Positions 31,891-49,925 are shown, counted from the first letter of the stretch. The stretch: DNA of 64,000 bases from Octopus vulgaris (GCA_951406725.2 OX597816.1:77996001-78060000); one strand, 5' to 3'. Numbers and translations are program-made. Notes: generated by a model from the sequence alone, not told the origin.

Positions 31891-34800
31891 TGTGCGCGCG
31901 TGCATGTATGGTGTGTGTGTGTGTGTGTGTTTGCACGTTTTCATGCCTATATAGTTGTGCATGTAAATACGCGGCGGTTGGTTAAGGCGGAAGACGGGAT
32001 AGCCCAGAATAAACAAATATTTTAATCGGAATTTACAAACTGAATAGATTTTTGGATCATTATGATTTCTATTGTATTGTTAATAGCTTGATATTGAATG
32101 ATAAATTGTAAAGGTCTGTTTAGATTTCGCCTCAAATACAACAAAATGTTTCTATAAAACCAGTGTTTTAAAATGTCCGTTGTATCAAGCTTCCCCTACT
32201 TCGGCACTTTTAAACGCGAGCAGTTTTTGTTTCCTAAACTTGTTAGAGGAAGAGTAAGGTATATTATAATAATTTCTAATTTAGATACAAAGCCAATAAT
32301 TTCAGGCAGGAGAGTTTAGTCTATTACATAGCCCCCAAGGTTTTACTTTAACGACTTCAGCAGGATGAAAAGTAATAGAACTCAGCAATAATTGAACTGA
32401 GCGATAATTGAACTCAGAACGTAAAGTGTCGGAACAAATATCGCGAAGGATGCTACCAGATGTTCTAACGATTCTTCCAATCTAACATCCTTGCAGCAGT
32501 ATAAAATAATATATCATAACATAAGTTAATACCAAATTATCCAAGTGAGGATGGTATTCCACTAAATCCTCCTTGTATCACTGCCTCTAATCTTAAACAA
32601 GAATGGGATGCATTAAATATTATAGTCCTATATTATTCCTGAAAAGGCGGCATGATCATGGCTGGAATTCTTATAACCATAGGTCATCTCAGTAGAAGTT
32701 GACCTGAAGGCTACACAGTATCATCCTCATCTTCACCATCGACTTTTTATCGTACATCTGTGGAGAATCAGCTTAAAGTCCCTTCCCTACCATCTTCAGG
32801 CTTTTACCAAATATGGAGTTGAACTAAACTCTGTTATTAATGGAGGCCGATGCTACTCTGTTTACTGGAACGGCCTCGTTTAATTTTTTTTTTAAATCAC
32901 ATCCTCATATCTTAAACCTTTTAGTTAAAATTCACTGCATTTAGATACGAATCTGTTTCAATTCTACGCGCCTCATTACGTAACTACCGGCGTGCTTAGC
33001 AAGTTTGTTTTGCAACTATGGTAAAATGTACGTATAATATTCATCTCGATTGTAGGGAGCCTAAATTGTTTTAAAAACTTTATATCATCTATACCACAAA
33101 TAACATAATGTACACACCCCTTATTTTAATTTTCATTTTGTTGAAAAAAAAAGGGGTTATACAAAGACTTTACGTTATATAGTTACGGGCTCCATCGTAC
33201 TACAAGCATCTTGGACATGAGTCATCTTGGACATAGAGCCAATACTCAACTATATCTCACAATGGTGCCTATTTGTGCTTAGTATTTCCAATCGGTTTTT
33301 CAATGCACTACATGAAATATATTCACCACTATTTAACGTTGATTTTTTTAGGCGAAAAATTTGGCAAAGTAGGTGTTTTTTAATGCTAATTTTCCACTGC
33401 TATTCGGATTATAATATAGTAATTCTATTTAGAGCAAATAATAGTATATCTATGCTACACAGAAAAGACCTAATACAACCGAAATTTATCCAGAGTTATC
33501 ACCCGTACAGAAATGATTAAAATAAAATCCTCTCCTCATCAAGTTAGTATTTTGATAATAAGGTTTTTGATAAGTAACATTAGGTATGATGTTTCTAATT
33601 AAGAGTCACTGAATATTTTCTAAGGATTTGGCTAGCGCTGCTGACTGTAAACAAATTTCGTGGCACTATACCGACATCAACTTCGCCAATTACCACTTCA
33701 ATATTTGCATTGGTTGGTTGAGGTGGCGAACAGGCAGAATTGTTAGCAAGCCGGACAAAATGCTTAGCGGCATTTCGTCCGTCCCCACGTTCTGAGCTCA
33801 AATTCTGCCAAGGTTGACTTTGCCTTTCCCCCTTTCGGGGTAGATAAAATAAGTACTATATGAGCCCTGGGGTCAATGTAATCGACTAGCCCCCACCTCC
33901 GAAATTGTTGGCTTTGTGCCAAAATTTGAAGCTAATATTTGCATTAGTTTCGTGCTGGCTCTCATAAGTTAATGATCCACAGTATCCTCCTTCCTGTTGG
34001 AGTCAACGACTGAGTCAATACGTGGTTGCTCAACCAATTAGAAAAAGCAGCTTAATTTCCCTCGAATCTTAAATTTTAAAAAGTATACATTAGATAATAT
34101 AGTCTTACATACTTCTTAAAAGGCGGGATGGTCAAAGCTGGAACGACTTTAATCATGGGTCATCCCAGTTGAGGTTGACCTGGAGCTACCCATCATCATC
34201 ATCGACTTCCTGTTGTATGTCTGTAAAGAGTCATTCTAATGGTTCTTTCTCGGCTTTCTTCAAATCATTGCCTAATGTGAAGTCGAAATCGTTGCTGTTA
34301 GTAGAAGCCGACAAGGGAGCTTCTATGTGGTCTGTCTGTCTGCTAAAAATAGTAGCCAAATCTCCGTGGAATCACACCCTTGTATCTTTTTAAAAAGAAA
34401 AGGCACAATTGCATAATGTAATCACAGGTGTATTATGCCAAAAAAAATTCAGACAGGATGGTCACGTCTGGAACACCTTTTATCATATTTGTCAGGACTA
34501 ATCTGAGACAAAACAACAAAGTGCTTGTTGTTTAGTAGCAGGAAGAAACTAGTGTAGGTTCAATATTCAACTATATTCTCACTTTCAATAAATTGATCAT
34601 GTTCTTAATCAAAATGATATATTGTTACATTTTCTCTTATCGCTGTCATATTATTTGGTCCGATTCTTTACATTTATGTTCAAATCCACCGAAGTCAACT
34701 TTGCCTTTCATCCTTCCCGGGTCGGTAAAATAAAGTACCATTCAATACCTGGATCGATCCCATTGACTATCCTCTCCCCAAAATTTTAGCAACTATGCTT

Positions 34801-35540
34801 ATATTTGAAACATTTATTGTTGTTGTTGTTGTTGTTACATTTTGAAGCGATGGAATGCAGACTAGCAGGAACACCTTCGATTATTTAAGTCTTTTTTTCA
34901 TTCTCAGTTCAAATCATGTCGAAGTCGTCTTTACTTCTATACTTCTGGGGTTGATAAAATAAATAGCAGGCGAGTACTGGAGTCCTATTCTCACATAACT
35001 GAATTTCAATATTTCTAGACGTCAGCACTTGTCTGGCATTATATTTACTTTATCGATCCCAGAAAGAAGAAAACCAAAGTCAAACATGGCTGCGTTGAAA
35101 ATCAGATCATAAAGCGACGTCATAAAATATCGAAAACTATTTTTTTTTTCGTCCAGCTCTCTACCGACTTCAAAATACATCACTCATTCACATACAAAAC
35201 TATTAACATTCATGCTAGTTCAAAGGCAGTTACCTGACAGAATTGTTATAACGTAGGGTAAAAAAAAATGCTTTGATGTATTTCTTCAGTTTCATTACGT
35301 TCTAAATTCAAATTCCGCAAAAGTTGACTTTACCTTTCATCCTTTCGGAGTCTATAAAATAAGTACCAGTCAATCGACTTGTCTCTTACCCTCAAAATAG
35401 CTCGCCTTGTATTCAAATTAGAAAGAAGTATTAATATCAGTTCAATTGAAATTTACAGAATGTTGTAAATGTTTTTTTTTTTACTTTTTGTTTATTTGTC
35501 TTTAATTTTTATTTTTTATTTTTTATTTTTTTATACTCAG

Positions 35541-35728
35541 GTAAAAATTACGTCCATATGTTTTTGCTTCCTTTTGGGATTGGGAGTATTGTTTGATTCC
35601 TGGGCTGAAGCCGGCTGCGCCAGACCTTGCCTTTTGAGTTTCTTTCGGTGTGTCAGAAGCGTTGAAGAAGAATGCTGTAGTGGTTACAGAACTTGCATGA
35701 AAGATGCCTGTGATGTCGCAAATCCATC
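35541..35728 (+). CDS. Exon 2 of the neuropeptide precursor: signal peptide + Cys-rich peptide
   Basis: A long polypyrimidine tract and CAG acceptor end at 35540. The exon encodes VKITSICFCFLLGLGVLFDSWAEA (hydrophobic core, A-E-A cleavage motif) then GCARPCLLSFFRCVRSVEEECCSGYRTCMKDACDVANP. It ends TC|GTAAGT (phase 2), matching the next exon. Confidence 0.85.
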
Positions 35729-35798
35729 GTAAGTACAACTGTTCCACTTTCATATAATTAATCCTTGTATCGAACCCTGATCTGTTGGTTCTCTTAGT

Positions 35799-35942
<144 letters not shown>

Positions 35943-37817
35943 AGAGAATAGAAGGAATTTTATAACAGTGCATGACTTTTCGAATAACGTTATTGCCGTG
36001 AGAATACAATGACACCAGATGTGAAGATATTTTGCTCTCAACATCCTATACCGTCTAATTGTGAGTGAAAGTCCGCTTTCGGTAGCATAGCTCCTTAGTG
36101 TCATCAGTAGGAAGACAGACAAGCTAATGAATCACTGTGCAATAGCTCGAATGTAATAAATAACAACCAAGTATCCTTCAACTCAAATCCCACTATCTTA
36201 AGAAGGAAGTACATATCGAACAATGTAGTCCGATATGATCTTTAAAACACAAATCACACATTTTGATCGAAGGATATAAATGGTTAAATCCTTCTCGGTA
36301 CTTCTACTTACTTTATTGACCCCGGAATAATAAAATGTAAATTTGATGCGATAAGATGAGATATTGACAAAATGAAGTGTTTTTGCTGGACACAAAATAC
36401 AGTCCATGGTCTATGGTATACGAAGAATTAGAATGTTTTTTCACTGGATTCTCTGCAGTTCTCAAGTTTACTCTATATCTAGATTAATAGTGGATGTGTT
36501 GCTTATTTCATAATAGATTCATGGTGGATCTGTTGTTTACTTCATTATAGACACTTGCTAACATCAGAGCCTCTATGTGGTCGCTCGATCTGCTAGAAAT
36601 ATCAGTAACTGAATCTCTCTCTCAAAACACACCCTATAGTCTTGGAAAAGAAAGAACTCTCGGGATAATGAAGTTAAAGATGAGAAAATCACAGCTGGAA
36701 CGTCTCTAATCAAAGATTTGCTCAGTCAGAATTCAATCTAAACTAAATAGGGAACAACATATTCCAGTCCTTTCCAATCACAGAGTCTTTGTAGCATCTG
36801 AATTCTGTTCCTTGAGTTCGCAACAACTACAGTACTTCGATATCTAGTTTTCACATATATACAGTAAGATCACTTGAATACAAATCATTGATATTGTTTT
36901 TCTAAAATCGTTCCGTGCTTTAGAGATCTAAGCTCCAGTCTTGAATGTGGAGCAACTTTTACATTTATTGTAGGTAGTAGATATAATTGTTCAAAAGTTT
37001 GAATTGGATACAGATAATTTTAGTAAAAAAAAATGATTAATGCAAATAAATTAAATCACAAATGATGTACAATAATTATTTAATGTATATAAAAGTCAGC
37101 TTTCGAATTTGATCATTTATATTAAAGTTATTTTACACTTTCTTATTAGTCAGTAATGTTTTGTACGAAACAATAATGTTGTTCAGTTCATTAATATTTC
37201 AAGACCTTTTCAATATCATCCATATCATTCCATTAGAATCCTCAAAGTTGTAATACGTACAAGGTGGTTGTCAACTTAACGGTGTTGTGTAAGCTGTTAT
37301 TGATTTTAAATGTCAGCAAGGAAATTGCTGACAGTCATTGCCTTTAACATCTAGGATTACATAGTTTACCGATGATGGTCATACTAGTCTACGAGTTGAC
37401 AGCCACCATGTATGTATCATAACTCTTAGAATTCTAATAAAATATCTTCCATGACAGTATACGAAAGTTTAACATCGTTACGTGTGAACGCAGTTAACGG
37501 CAGCCATTTTAATCGTCTGGCAACACATTTGCATGAGCTTTTCAAACATTTCTTAAATGATTTTACCACGATTAGAATGTGTTGCTTGAGAAAAAGGACG
37601 AGTTTCCTAATTGCCTCGCATTTTCGTAAATGATTAGATAGTTATAGCTGTGTTTTTCCCCAGACAAATAGAAAATCGGCGTTAGTGATACACTTCATAA
37701 AAATTGATGAATGCAATACTAAATAATTATATAGTTAATTTATCTGGCTAGGAATTGTCTCTTAAAATTAATGTCTGAGTACATCATTGTGTATATATAT
37801 ATGTGTGTGTGTGTGTA

Positions 37818-37848
<31 letters not shown>

Positions 37849-37959
37849 ATACATGTATAAAAATATGTGAGATAGAAATTAATTCACGCGACTCTTTATT
37901 TAGAGCCACTACGATAGTTTCGACCCATCATACACCGGTACCTTATATATATAACAAAA

Positions 37960-37997
37960 CTGTCCGACGAACGGGAACGTGAAACTCCGAGTAACAG
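37960..37997 (+). ncRNA. Degenerate type I hammerhead motif
   Basis: CTGT-CCGACGA-ACG-GGAA-CGT-GAAAC-TCCGA-GTA-ACAG. Stems I-III pair, but the core carries a U4C change, so it is probably inactive. Confidence 0.5.
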
Positions 37998-38100
37998 CTT
38001 TTGTTAAATTTCTGCTACTTTTAAATAAAGCATATTACTCTACCTCTGGTATTTGAGTACTCTTTTTTTCCACCTTGTTTCACATTTATGGGTTTACTCC

Positions 38101-38136
<36 letters not shown>

Positions 38137-38201
38137 TATAGACATATATATATATACAAATATATACGTATATAGCATTATGTGCGTGTGTGTGTTTGTG
38201 C

Positions 38202-38254
<53 letters not shown>

Positions 38255-38523
38255 ATTTGTTTAGCACATGACTTGATCAGAGGCAATATGTTAAAACTGA
38301 AACAATTTACATTATAGAAGGGTTATATGAGCCATTTAAATAAACAAACTCCTTTTTATGGACATTTCGCTTATTTCTTAATAACATTATCTGTTATGCA
38401 GACACTTTTGACACTTCATCGTAGATTAAACTTTTAAGACCTAAACAAAAAGTGCATAAAACGGTTTTTGTGTCTTCTTTAAAATGACTTTTCCGACACA
38501 CACACACATACACACACAAACGC

Positions 38524-38641
<118 letters not shown>

Positions 38642-40683
38642 GAGCTCGATTGCTTTCCATATACTTTTCGTCTACGAAATCCCACTGAAAGTATTGGTAA
38701 ACCTACGGCTGGGAAAAGTAGAAGACTGTACAGTAGTCCCAGCTACCGTACAGTGGGATCGAACTTGGAGCCACTTTGTTGCAAAGCGAACTTCTTAATC
38801 AGACGGCCAGCCATGCCGACACTTCATATGGTTTCGGATAGCATAACTGCACAGAATCACATGCATACGCATTCACATATACACACACAACATAGACACA
38901 CTCATATATATCAAAACATATACACATACGCGCATGCGCATATCCACAAGGGTTCTTTTGTACAGTTTCACTGGAAATATTCTCTTTCTTAGTCAACAGT
39001 GTATTAAGGCGAAGTGGCAGAATTGTTAGAGCATCCAACAGAATAGTTTGCTGTATTTGTTCCGTCTATCATCGCTCTAAGTTCAAATTTCGTTGAAGTC
39101 AACTCATCTTTTCATTCTTTTGGAGTTGATAAATAAAGTATCAGGCTAAGGTGGTGGATTGGTGGAATTGTAAAGGATTTGTGTGAGTTCCGGCTCAGTG
39201 TCTTTTGAGTTCAAATCCCGTCTTCACTAACGGAAAAATAAAACACATCAGTTAAGAATTGCAACTGACAGGTACTATCAGCAATTGAAAAAAAAAGGCA
39301 CTTGAAACATGGTTTCTAGATTCGTTCAGAAGATCAGCTGTGAATATGATGAAATGCTTGATCAAGAATACCCTCCATTTTGGGTTGAGATTTCCATATC
39401 AATTGTGTTACTGTTTTACCAACTTCTTAATGTATCTTATTTTAAACAGAGGGCCTTATAATTTGTATACAACACCTCAGTTAATCCCAAATAGGTATTT
39501 GCCGATGTCAACCCAGTAGTGAGTGCTTATGTTTTACAATGAACACCTAATTTTAATAAGTACTCATCTGTTTATAAAGCAGCTTCTTCTTCATAGTATG
39601 AGTCAACGAAGGTGCCTTTACGTAGTTGCTTTACCTGCTAGGAATAAGAGTCAAAATATTACACAAATTACACCCTACCGTCTTAGAAAATGAAGGGCGC
39701 TTTTGGATAACGTAATCCTGGACACACTATACATAAAATGACGGAGGGGTCACGACTAGAACCGTTATGGTCAAAGGCCTGTTTGGTCAGATTTAAGCAA
39801 GGATTAAGCAACAATATACAATTTCAGATATATTTCTCAGTAAACTATTAAGCTATATTAAACGGCATATTTACCTTGAGTATTTGTTCCGTGGTACTTA
39901 GCAGACACAGAGTTTCCTATAACATGATAACTACTTAAAACACATGGCAGGTATAAATGAATTTGCAGTCATGATAATGCTATATCTGTAGATACAAAGA
40001 GCGGGGATGATTAAGTTAGTGTCTGGCAAAAATTACGTTTCTTTACAGTCCAGCTAAGGATTAGTTTGCCTTTCCTCTTTCCTAATAATATACAACCTCC
40101 TCCACTCCAAACAAACAGTTCTCTCCATATGTTACTGTAGTAAAACCAATATTTCTGTCAACAAAATGTTTTTACAGTTGTTTAATTCTAGATCCTCTCT
40201 GATGAAAGAAGCTGATGGTGAAAGTCGTTCTAGTTGTGAACATTTCATCTCATTTAGAACCACATTTCCTTTTAAGACAGTCAGATATTGTTTGGAGGAG
40301 ATTTGGTTAGTATTTCCAGCTGGTCGGGTTATGACGTAAAAGCTCCCTAGTTGGTTCGTGCCAGAGTTTCGATAACTCTCAAGGTAACAACGGCCTACAT
40401 ATTTCAAAATATAAGGTATCCATGTTGGGCATTTTTGCTCTTATTACTGCTGCAAGTAACATTTATTCAAAATACTGCATAGTATCAGTGTTACAATATG
40501 ATGTTACGCTCATCAGGTAAAAGAAATCAATCTGCTTTACGTATAAATATCTTGTATGAGAAGTTGAGGAAATCCAATCTCCTTACTGTAGACCATCCAA
40601 CTAACACGTTATGGCCTTTGTTTTAGAAAATAGTACCGCAAATTTGAGCTCATTATTATTTTTTCTTTCTCTTTGCTTTTTAG

Positions 40684-40915
40684 ATGCAATGATAATGTCG
40701 GTAAACGAAGTGGCTGGTATAAACGTGGAAGTTGGGACAAACGTGGAAGTTGGAATAAGAAAAGTGATGATCAAACCAAACGCGGCAGCTGGAACAAACG
40801 TTCGGATGAAGAGGACAGCAAACGAGGCAGCTGGAACAAACGACAAGAAACGGAAGACTTCTCTGAAGCAATGCTTAAGAAAGTCCTTAATGAAAACTAT
40901 GGAGTCCACTTGTAA
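40684..40915 (+). CDS. Exon 3 of the achatin / octopus cardioactive peptide (Ocp-3/4, GSWD)-type precursor
   Basis: Polypyrimidine tract + TAG acceptor (40681-40683), phase 2. Encodes CNDNVG-KR-SGWY-KR-GSWD-KR-GSWN-KK-SDDQT-KR-GSWN-KR-SDEEDS-KR-GSWN-KR-QETEDFSEAMLKKVLNENYGVHL*. Repeated peptides between dibasic sites with acidic spacers are the standard precursor layout. Confidence 0.92.
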
Positions 40916-41145
40916 ACAAATTATACTAATAATACATATATATAGAAACATGTATATTATGATAAAATGTGAACTAAACTTTTCCTCTGGGATATTAACT
41001 GCATACAAATGGAAAGGATTATTACACGCCGGTTAGAACGAATGCCAAGACATTTCTTCTGTAAGATTCTTCGCAGCTAACAGTATGGAATTTAAAGGCT
41101 CTTCAAACCAACCTGCATTTTAAACATTTCATGCTTTTTTTTTTT

Positions 41146-41151
41146 AATAAA
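41146..41151 (+). terminator. Candidate polyadenylation signal of the neuropeptide gene
   Basis: AATAAA ~230 nt after the stop codon, followed by a T/GT-rich downstream element (CGTTTCTTTCTTCGTTATTTTT). Confidence 0.55.
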
Positions 41152-41752
41152 TTCATTTTCCTGAAACCGTTTCTTTCTTCGTTATTTTTAAAAATCATTT
41201 ATCTGTTATATCTTTTATTTTATATATTACTTTTATTGGTTACCTTATGATTATCGGATGATCTCTTATTGTTGCGGATATCAGTAAAAAATCTGAACCA
41301 GACGAGTTTGGAATCTACATGTATTTTTACTTTGCCTTTCAGGTTGCTATATTAAATATGATGACTGAACTAGCAATAAAGTAAAGAAAATATATACATA
41401 CATATGTGTGTGCATAGTAAAAACTGTTTTCCAATTTTAATTACAAGAACAGCAAGTTTAAGGAGAGAGGACTAGTCGATCACATTGACCCGAATACCTG
41501 ACTAGTATTTTATTTTATCAACCCCGAAAGAATGAAAGGCAGAGTTGATGTAAAGAGCCAAAAGAAATATTGTTCAACATTTTCTCCGTTATGCTAACGA
41601 TTCTTCTAGCTCTTTCTATTATAGGCACAAGGCCTGAAATTTTGGGACTAGTCGATTACACTGACACCAGTGTTCAGCTGGTACTTATTTTATTGATGAA
41701 AAGCCGTTAAGCATTTTGCCCGGGGTGCTAAAGGTTCTGCCACCTTACCGTC

Positions 41753-41839
<87 letters not shown>

Positions 41840-41857
41840 TAATAATAATAATAATAA

Positions 41858-42391
41858 ATGCCCTGATGCAGTACCAGACACTGGCCTCTCATGGTTTCTC
41901 ATCTTAGCTGATTGGAAGTGTTATGTACATTGTTTTCTCTTGGTATAAAAGACGGGCTACAGCAAATACCACAGGTTTGCTTATCAGTTGTTTGATCTTA
42001 ACCAGTTGAGCATTTCCCTTTGTGGCTGGAGATATGTGCATCACTGATCATGAGCAGAAGTAGTGGGGAAGCCATGTGTTTAGAGAAATTCTCTGGGGTT
42101 TGAATAATTCACGTTTGGAAACATCGGCGTTTTGTTCAACATCATTAAACAAACCTTATTCAAGGACCTTTTGAGTAGGATGGGCTACTCAACTTGTAAA
42201 AAATTCTAACTGGGCCACACCTGCTAGGTCATGCACTGCTAATCTTGATATGAGATCACCATGTTGTGCACATATGATTGTGATGCATGTCCCTGGTGTA
42301 CTCTTATCAGACGGGTAGTCATGATGGGTATACTAAGCTTCGTATATTTTACCCCAGTGTCACTTTGAAGGCATGCACTGCTCTCTCACTC
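41858..42391. mobile_element. ~540-bp non-coding element in (AAT)n, copy 2
   Basis: Same two ends as copy 1; flanked by (AAT)n at 41753-41857 and 42392-42463. Confidence 0.85.
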
Positions 42392-42463
<72 letters not shown>

Positions 42464-43190
42464 TTTTACTGGCCACAAGAGCCGCAAATAAACATTTTGG
42501 AAAAAACAAAGTCAAAGTACGATGGGGATTTACATAGTGACATTGTAATCAATATAATTGCAATTAACAAGAAAATTCTGACAACAAAATTCCCCAATAG
42601 TGGGGAAAAGCCACTCGGGGATAACCAAGGAATTCCACATATCCCTTTGTCACCTTCCTCACCAAGAATACTGATGCCAGTGCACCTCTCTCCTCCATAC
42701 TTTTCAGCCTAGAAGCGTATGCTTAAAATGAGTCCATTCACTCGCTACATTCCCATACTTTCACCCATATTCACCCTCAAATCAATGGCGCCCTGGCAAA
42801 AATGGAAATTGTTTACCGTCAGTCATTTCAGTCGCGCCCACCACACAACCATATTCGCCGTTGCCACCAGTCAGAGCAAGAAAATCTGTCCTTCACTGCC
42901 AAAGGTAGACGGCGGGACAATTTTTACGAAGGAGTCGGCCGATAACCCGATCTGGTCTGCACGTGTTAGCAGCTGCTCCACATAAATCCACAAATCAGAA
43001 ATGCTTGAACACTGTACGAGCGCGCCTGCCATCACTACCATACCTACAGGATTTGTCAGGGATTTCTGGAAATTATCCATGGATTCTGGCCCAAAAATCC
43101 TCGGGAAAAAGTTCCCCTAAGGGCGCCATCACTCTTACCTTCTGCTAATCTTCTATAGGACATCCACCGACCACATTGCCCGACTGGCAC
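42464..43190 (-). mobile_element. 3' fragment of an L1/Tx1-like non-LTR retrotransposon
   Basis: The minus strand encodes ALVQCSSISDLWIYVEQLLTR...LSADSFVKIVPP...EGQIFL, then VATANMVVWWARLK. This resembles the C-terminal region after the zinc finger in L1/Tx1 ORF2. AAT repeats lie on both sides. Confidence 0.5.
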
Positions 43191-43206
43191 TTAATAATAT
43201 TAATAA

Positions 43207-44927
43207 TATTCCAGGGAGACACGCTCTCTCCACTCCTTTTCTGCTTGGCACTGACACATTTATCTGACATGCTAAACAGAATTGGATGTGAATACAACTA
43301 TTATGGCAAAATCAATCAACCATCTCTTGTATATGGATGGCCTAAAGCTGTATGCTACAAATAAAAAAAAACAGCTGGAAACATTACTACAGAGGGCTCA
43401 TGGATGTAGCAAAGAAACAAATATGAAATTTGGCTTTAAAAAATGTGCCACAGCAACCTTGTAAAGAAGAAAACTAATTAAGAGTAACAACATCACAGTA
43501 GATAAAGAAAATGAAATAAGAATTAGACTAAAGCCAGACGTACAAATTCTTAGGAATAAATGAACTAGATCCGATACAACACACACAAATGAAAGAGAAG
43601 AAAAGAAATGAATACTATAGACGAGTTAGATTAATAATAGGTTACAGCTACAATATTCTTAACTGGACATTAAATGAACTAATCAAAATAGACAGGAAAA
43701 CAAGAAAAATAATGACAGGATTTAGGATGCACCACCTAAACTTTGACATAGAAAGGCTATATGTACAACGTATATATAGGCTATATATACAACGTATATA
43801 TTGTAGAGGCCTTATATAGCTAGAGAACTATTACAAAATAACCACCAAAGGACTACAGAAATATCTACTTCAGAAGCAAGGAAAACTAATACAAATAGCC
43901 ACAAAACATGAACAAACCGAAAAAAAATTGTTTTCTGTCTTTAAGGAAGCTGACAAATACAAAAACGAAGTCATAGTACCTAACAACTATAAAGAAAACG
44001 GAGTGTAAAACAACTGAAATCTAAACTAAAACTGGAACAGCAATGTATCATGATAAAACAATGGCAAGAAAAGCCCCTACATGGAAAATACTGGGTTAAG
44101 CTAAACAGAAAAGAAATAGACGAAGCAAAATCCAAAAAATGGCTGAGAAGCTCAGGACTCAAACTAGAAACTGAAGGATTTTTAATTGCAGCACAAGATC
44201 AAATCCTTTTCCATCAGAAATTACCAAAAACACATAATGAAAAGAATTACAAGTAACTGCAGAATATGTGGTGATGGAGAAGAAACAGTAAATCATATTG
44301 TCTCTGGCTACCCAGTCTTGGCTAAGAAGGAATATAATCACAGACACGATAGAGTTGCGACCTACATACACTAGAAGTTATGCCAATACCATGGAATAAC
44401 AACAGGAAAAAAGATGGTACAGGTACAACCCAGAGAAGATCACCGAAAAATTAGAAAGCAACCATACTCTGGGATATGCCTATACACACAGATAGAGAAA
44501 TTAAGGCTAAAAAGCCGAATATAGTTGTCAGAGATACCAAAAGAAGAAAAAATACTTTCTAATCGATGTATCAATACCAACAGATGACAATGTTTCTCTA
44601 AAAGAAACGGAGAAACTTTCAAAATACAAAGATCTGGAAATACTGGTAACTCGAATATGCAGCCTAAAAACAGAAGCAATTCCTATTATAGCAGGCGCAT
44701 TAGGTGTGATTTAAAAAAACATTCAGATAAATGCATAACAAAAACACCAGGACTAACAAGTATATATAACATACAGAAAATAACATTGCTAGTCACCGCA
44801 CACGTCTTACGTAAAACACATTCAATATAGTGAAAATAAGAGTACCACAACAAACCACAGCACATACCCAAGGCACACAGAGCATCGCTCGGTAGTGCAG
44901 TGAAAGCACTTGACAAAAATAAGACTA

Positions 44928-44930
<3 letters not shown>
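43207..44930 (+). mobile_element. R4/Dong-like retrotransposon family A, 5'-truncated and decayed
   Basis: IFQGDTLSPLLF, HLLYMDGLKL, WQEKPLHGKY, CRICGDGEETVNHIVSG, RHD and a 3' UTR ending AATAAGACTACTG before (AAT)n. Confidence 0.9.
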
Positions 44931-48336
<3,406 letters not shown>

Positions 48337-48369
48337 AAGAAGAAGAAGAAGAATCAGCAGCAGCAGCAG

Positions 48370-49744
48370 CAGATTGCAATTTGACCTCGTTAAATGTGCA
48401 AAAACTACCTTTATCAAAGGAAAAATGACAGAAACATCTAACGTTAACCTTGACCAGCAGAATGTCATAAAAGAACTAGACCCAGCGGAGAGCTACAAAT
48501 ACCTAGGGATAATTGAAGGGGGCGGAATAAGGCATTCAGTGATGAAGGAAAGGATCAGGAGAGAATGTTATCGCAGAGTAAGAGCAATACTCAAGACAGA
48601 GGTGAATATGAGAAACAGGATCGAAGCGATCAATGCTTTAGCCATACCAGTCGTGACTTACAGTTTCAATATCGTTAGCTGGTCAATTACAGAAATATGT
48701 AATCTTGACAAAAAAATACGAAAACTGTTGACAGTGCATAGAATGCACCACCCTAAGGCAGATATAGAACGAATTTCTCTGCCAAGAAAAGAGGGAGGCC
48801 GTGGACTTTTACAACTGGCATTGACAATGAAAATTGCCACAACTGGCCTAGACACCTACCTGAAAAACTCTGAGGACCGGATTTTAAAACTTGTCTCAAA
48901 ACATGAAAACAAGAAAGCATCATACTCATTAATAAAACAGGCAAAGGAATATCTGAGTGAATTCCGAATACAACAAATTCCGAAATTAGACATACGAGAA
49001 ACAAGCACAGAAAAAGCTAAGCGCATGAAAACCCCTGCTAAAACTGCTGCTTTAGATATTCTGAATGATAAATGGCAAGAAAACCTCTCAATGGCAAATA
49101 CCCGAAGAGAGCTAATAGTGCCGATGTTAACAAAGCCCTGACCCATCAATGGCTAATGGCCTCTGGCTTAAAATCAGAAACAGAAGGGTTTATCATAGCA
49201 GCTCAAGATCAATACCTACCTCAAGGAACTACCAGGCCAACATATTAAAGAACGGCAGTAGCCCAACATGTGTATGTCAACAACAAGATGAAACCATTGA
49301 TCATGTGGTCTCCAAGTGAAGTCTTTTTGCGCCTACAGAGTATCTCAACAGGCACGATAGAGCTGCACAATATATTCACTGGGTAATTTGCAAAAGCCTG
49401 GACTTGCCCCATGATAAAAACTGGTGGGAACACAAACCACCTCCAGTGCTTGAAAATGATCACATCTCACTCCTCTGGAATTTCGCATTCAAACTGACAG
49501 AAAGACAGATGCGAATAGGCCAGACATCATATTGAAAGACTTCAGACAAAACTCGTGCCTCCTTATTGATATGACTGTCCCAATCGATATAAACGCATCT
49601 ATCAAGACCTATCAAAAATAAGCAAACATAAAGATCTTGAAATAGAAATTAGCAAAATGTGGAACCTGAAGACTAAAACAATACCTGTTGTCATAGGTGC
49701 CCTGGGAATGATAGCAAAATTGGCTTATTGCTGCCTAGCTCAGA
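48370..49744 (+). mobile_element. Dong-like family B, copy 2 (5'-truncated; 3' end replaced by a minus-strand SINE fragment at ~49745-49866)
   Basis: Closely matches ~46564-47950, with several frameshifts. Confidence 0.9.
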
Positions 49745-49865
49745 GTGTAATTGGTACTTAATTTATAGATCCCGAAAGGATGAAAGCCAAAGTCGACCTT
49801 GGCGGAATTTGTACTCAGAACTAGCGACGGGCGAAACACCGCTAAGCATTTCGTCCAGCGAGCTG

Positions 49866-49923
<58 letters not shown>

Positions 49924-49925
<2 letters not shown>

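Noticed and set aside
35469-35540. Hydrophobic N-terminus MFFFLLFVYL... as a single-exon secreted ORF
   Set aside because: It is the T-rich polypyrimidine tract before the CAG acceptor. The single-exon reading ends at a perfect GTAAGT donor with an odd number (7) of mature Cys.
40709-40830. MIP/allatostatin-B or other Wamide identity for the Trp peptides
   Set aside because: The peptides lack the W-x6-8-W pattern and the C-terminal Gly needed for amidation.
40601-41036. Overlapping 141-aa (+) and 135-aa (-) ORFs with internal repeats
   Set aside because: Shadow frames of the repetitive neuropeptide exon; only the 40673 frame has dibasic sites and a splice phase matching exon 2.
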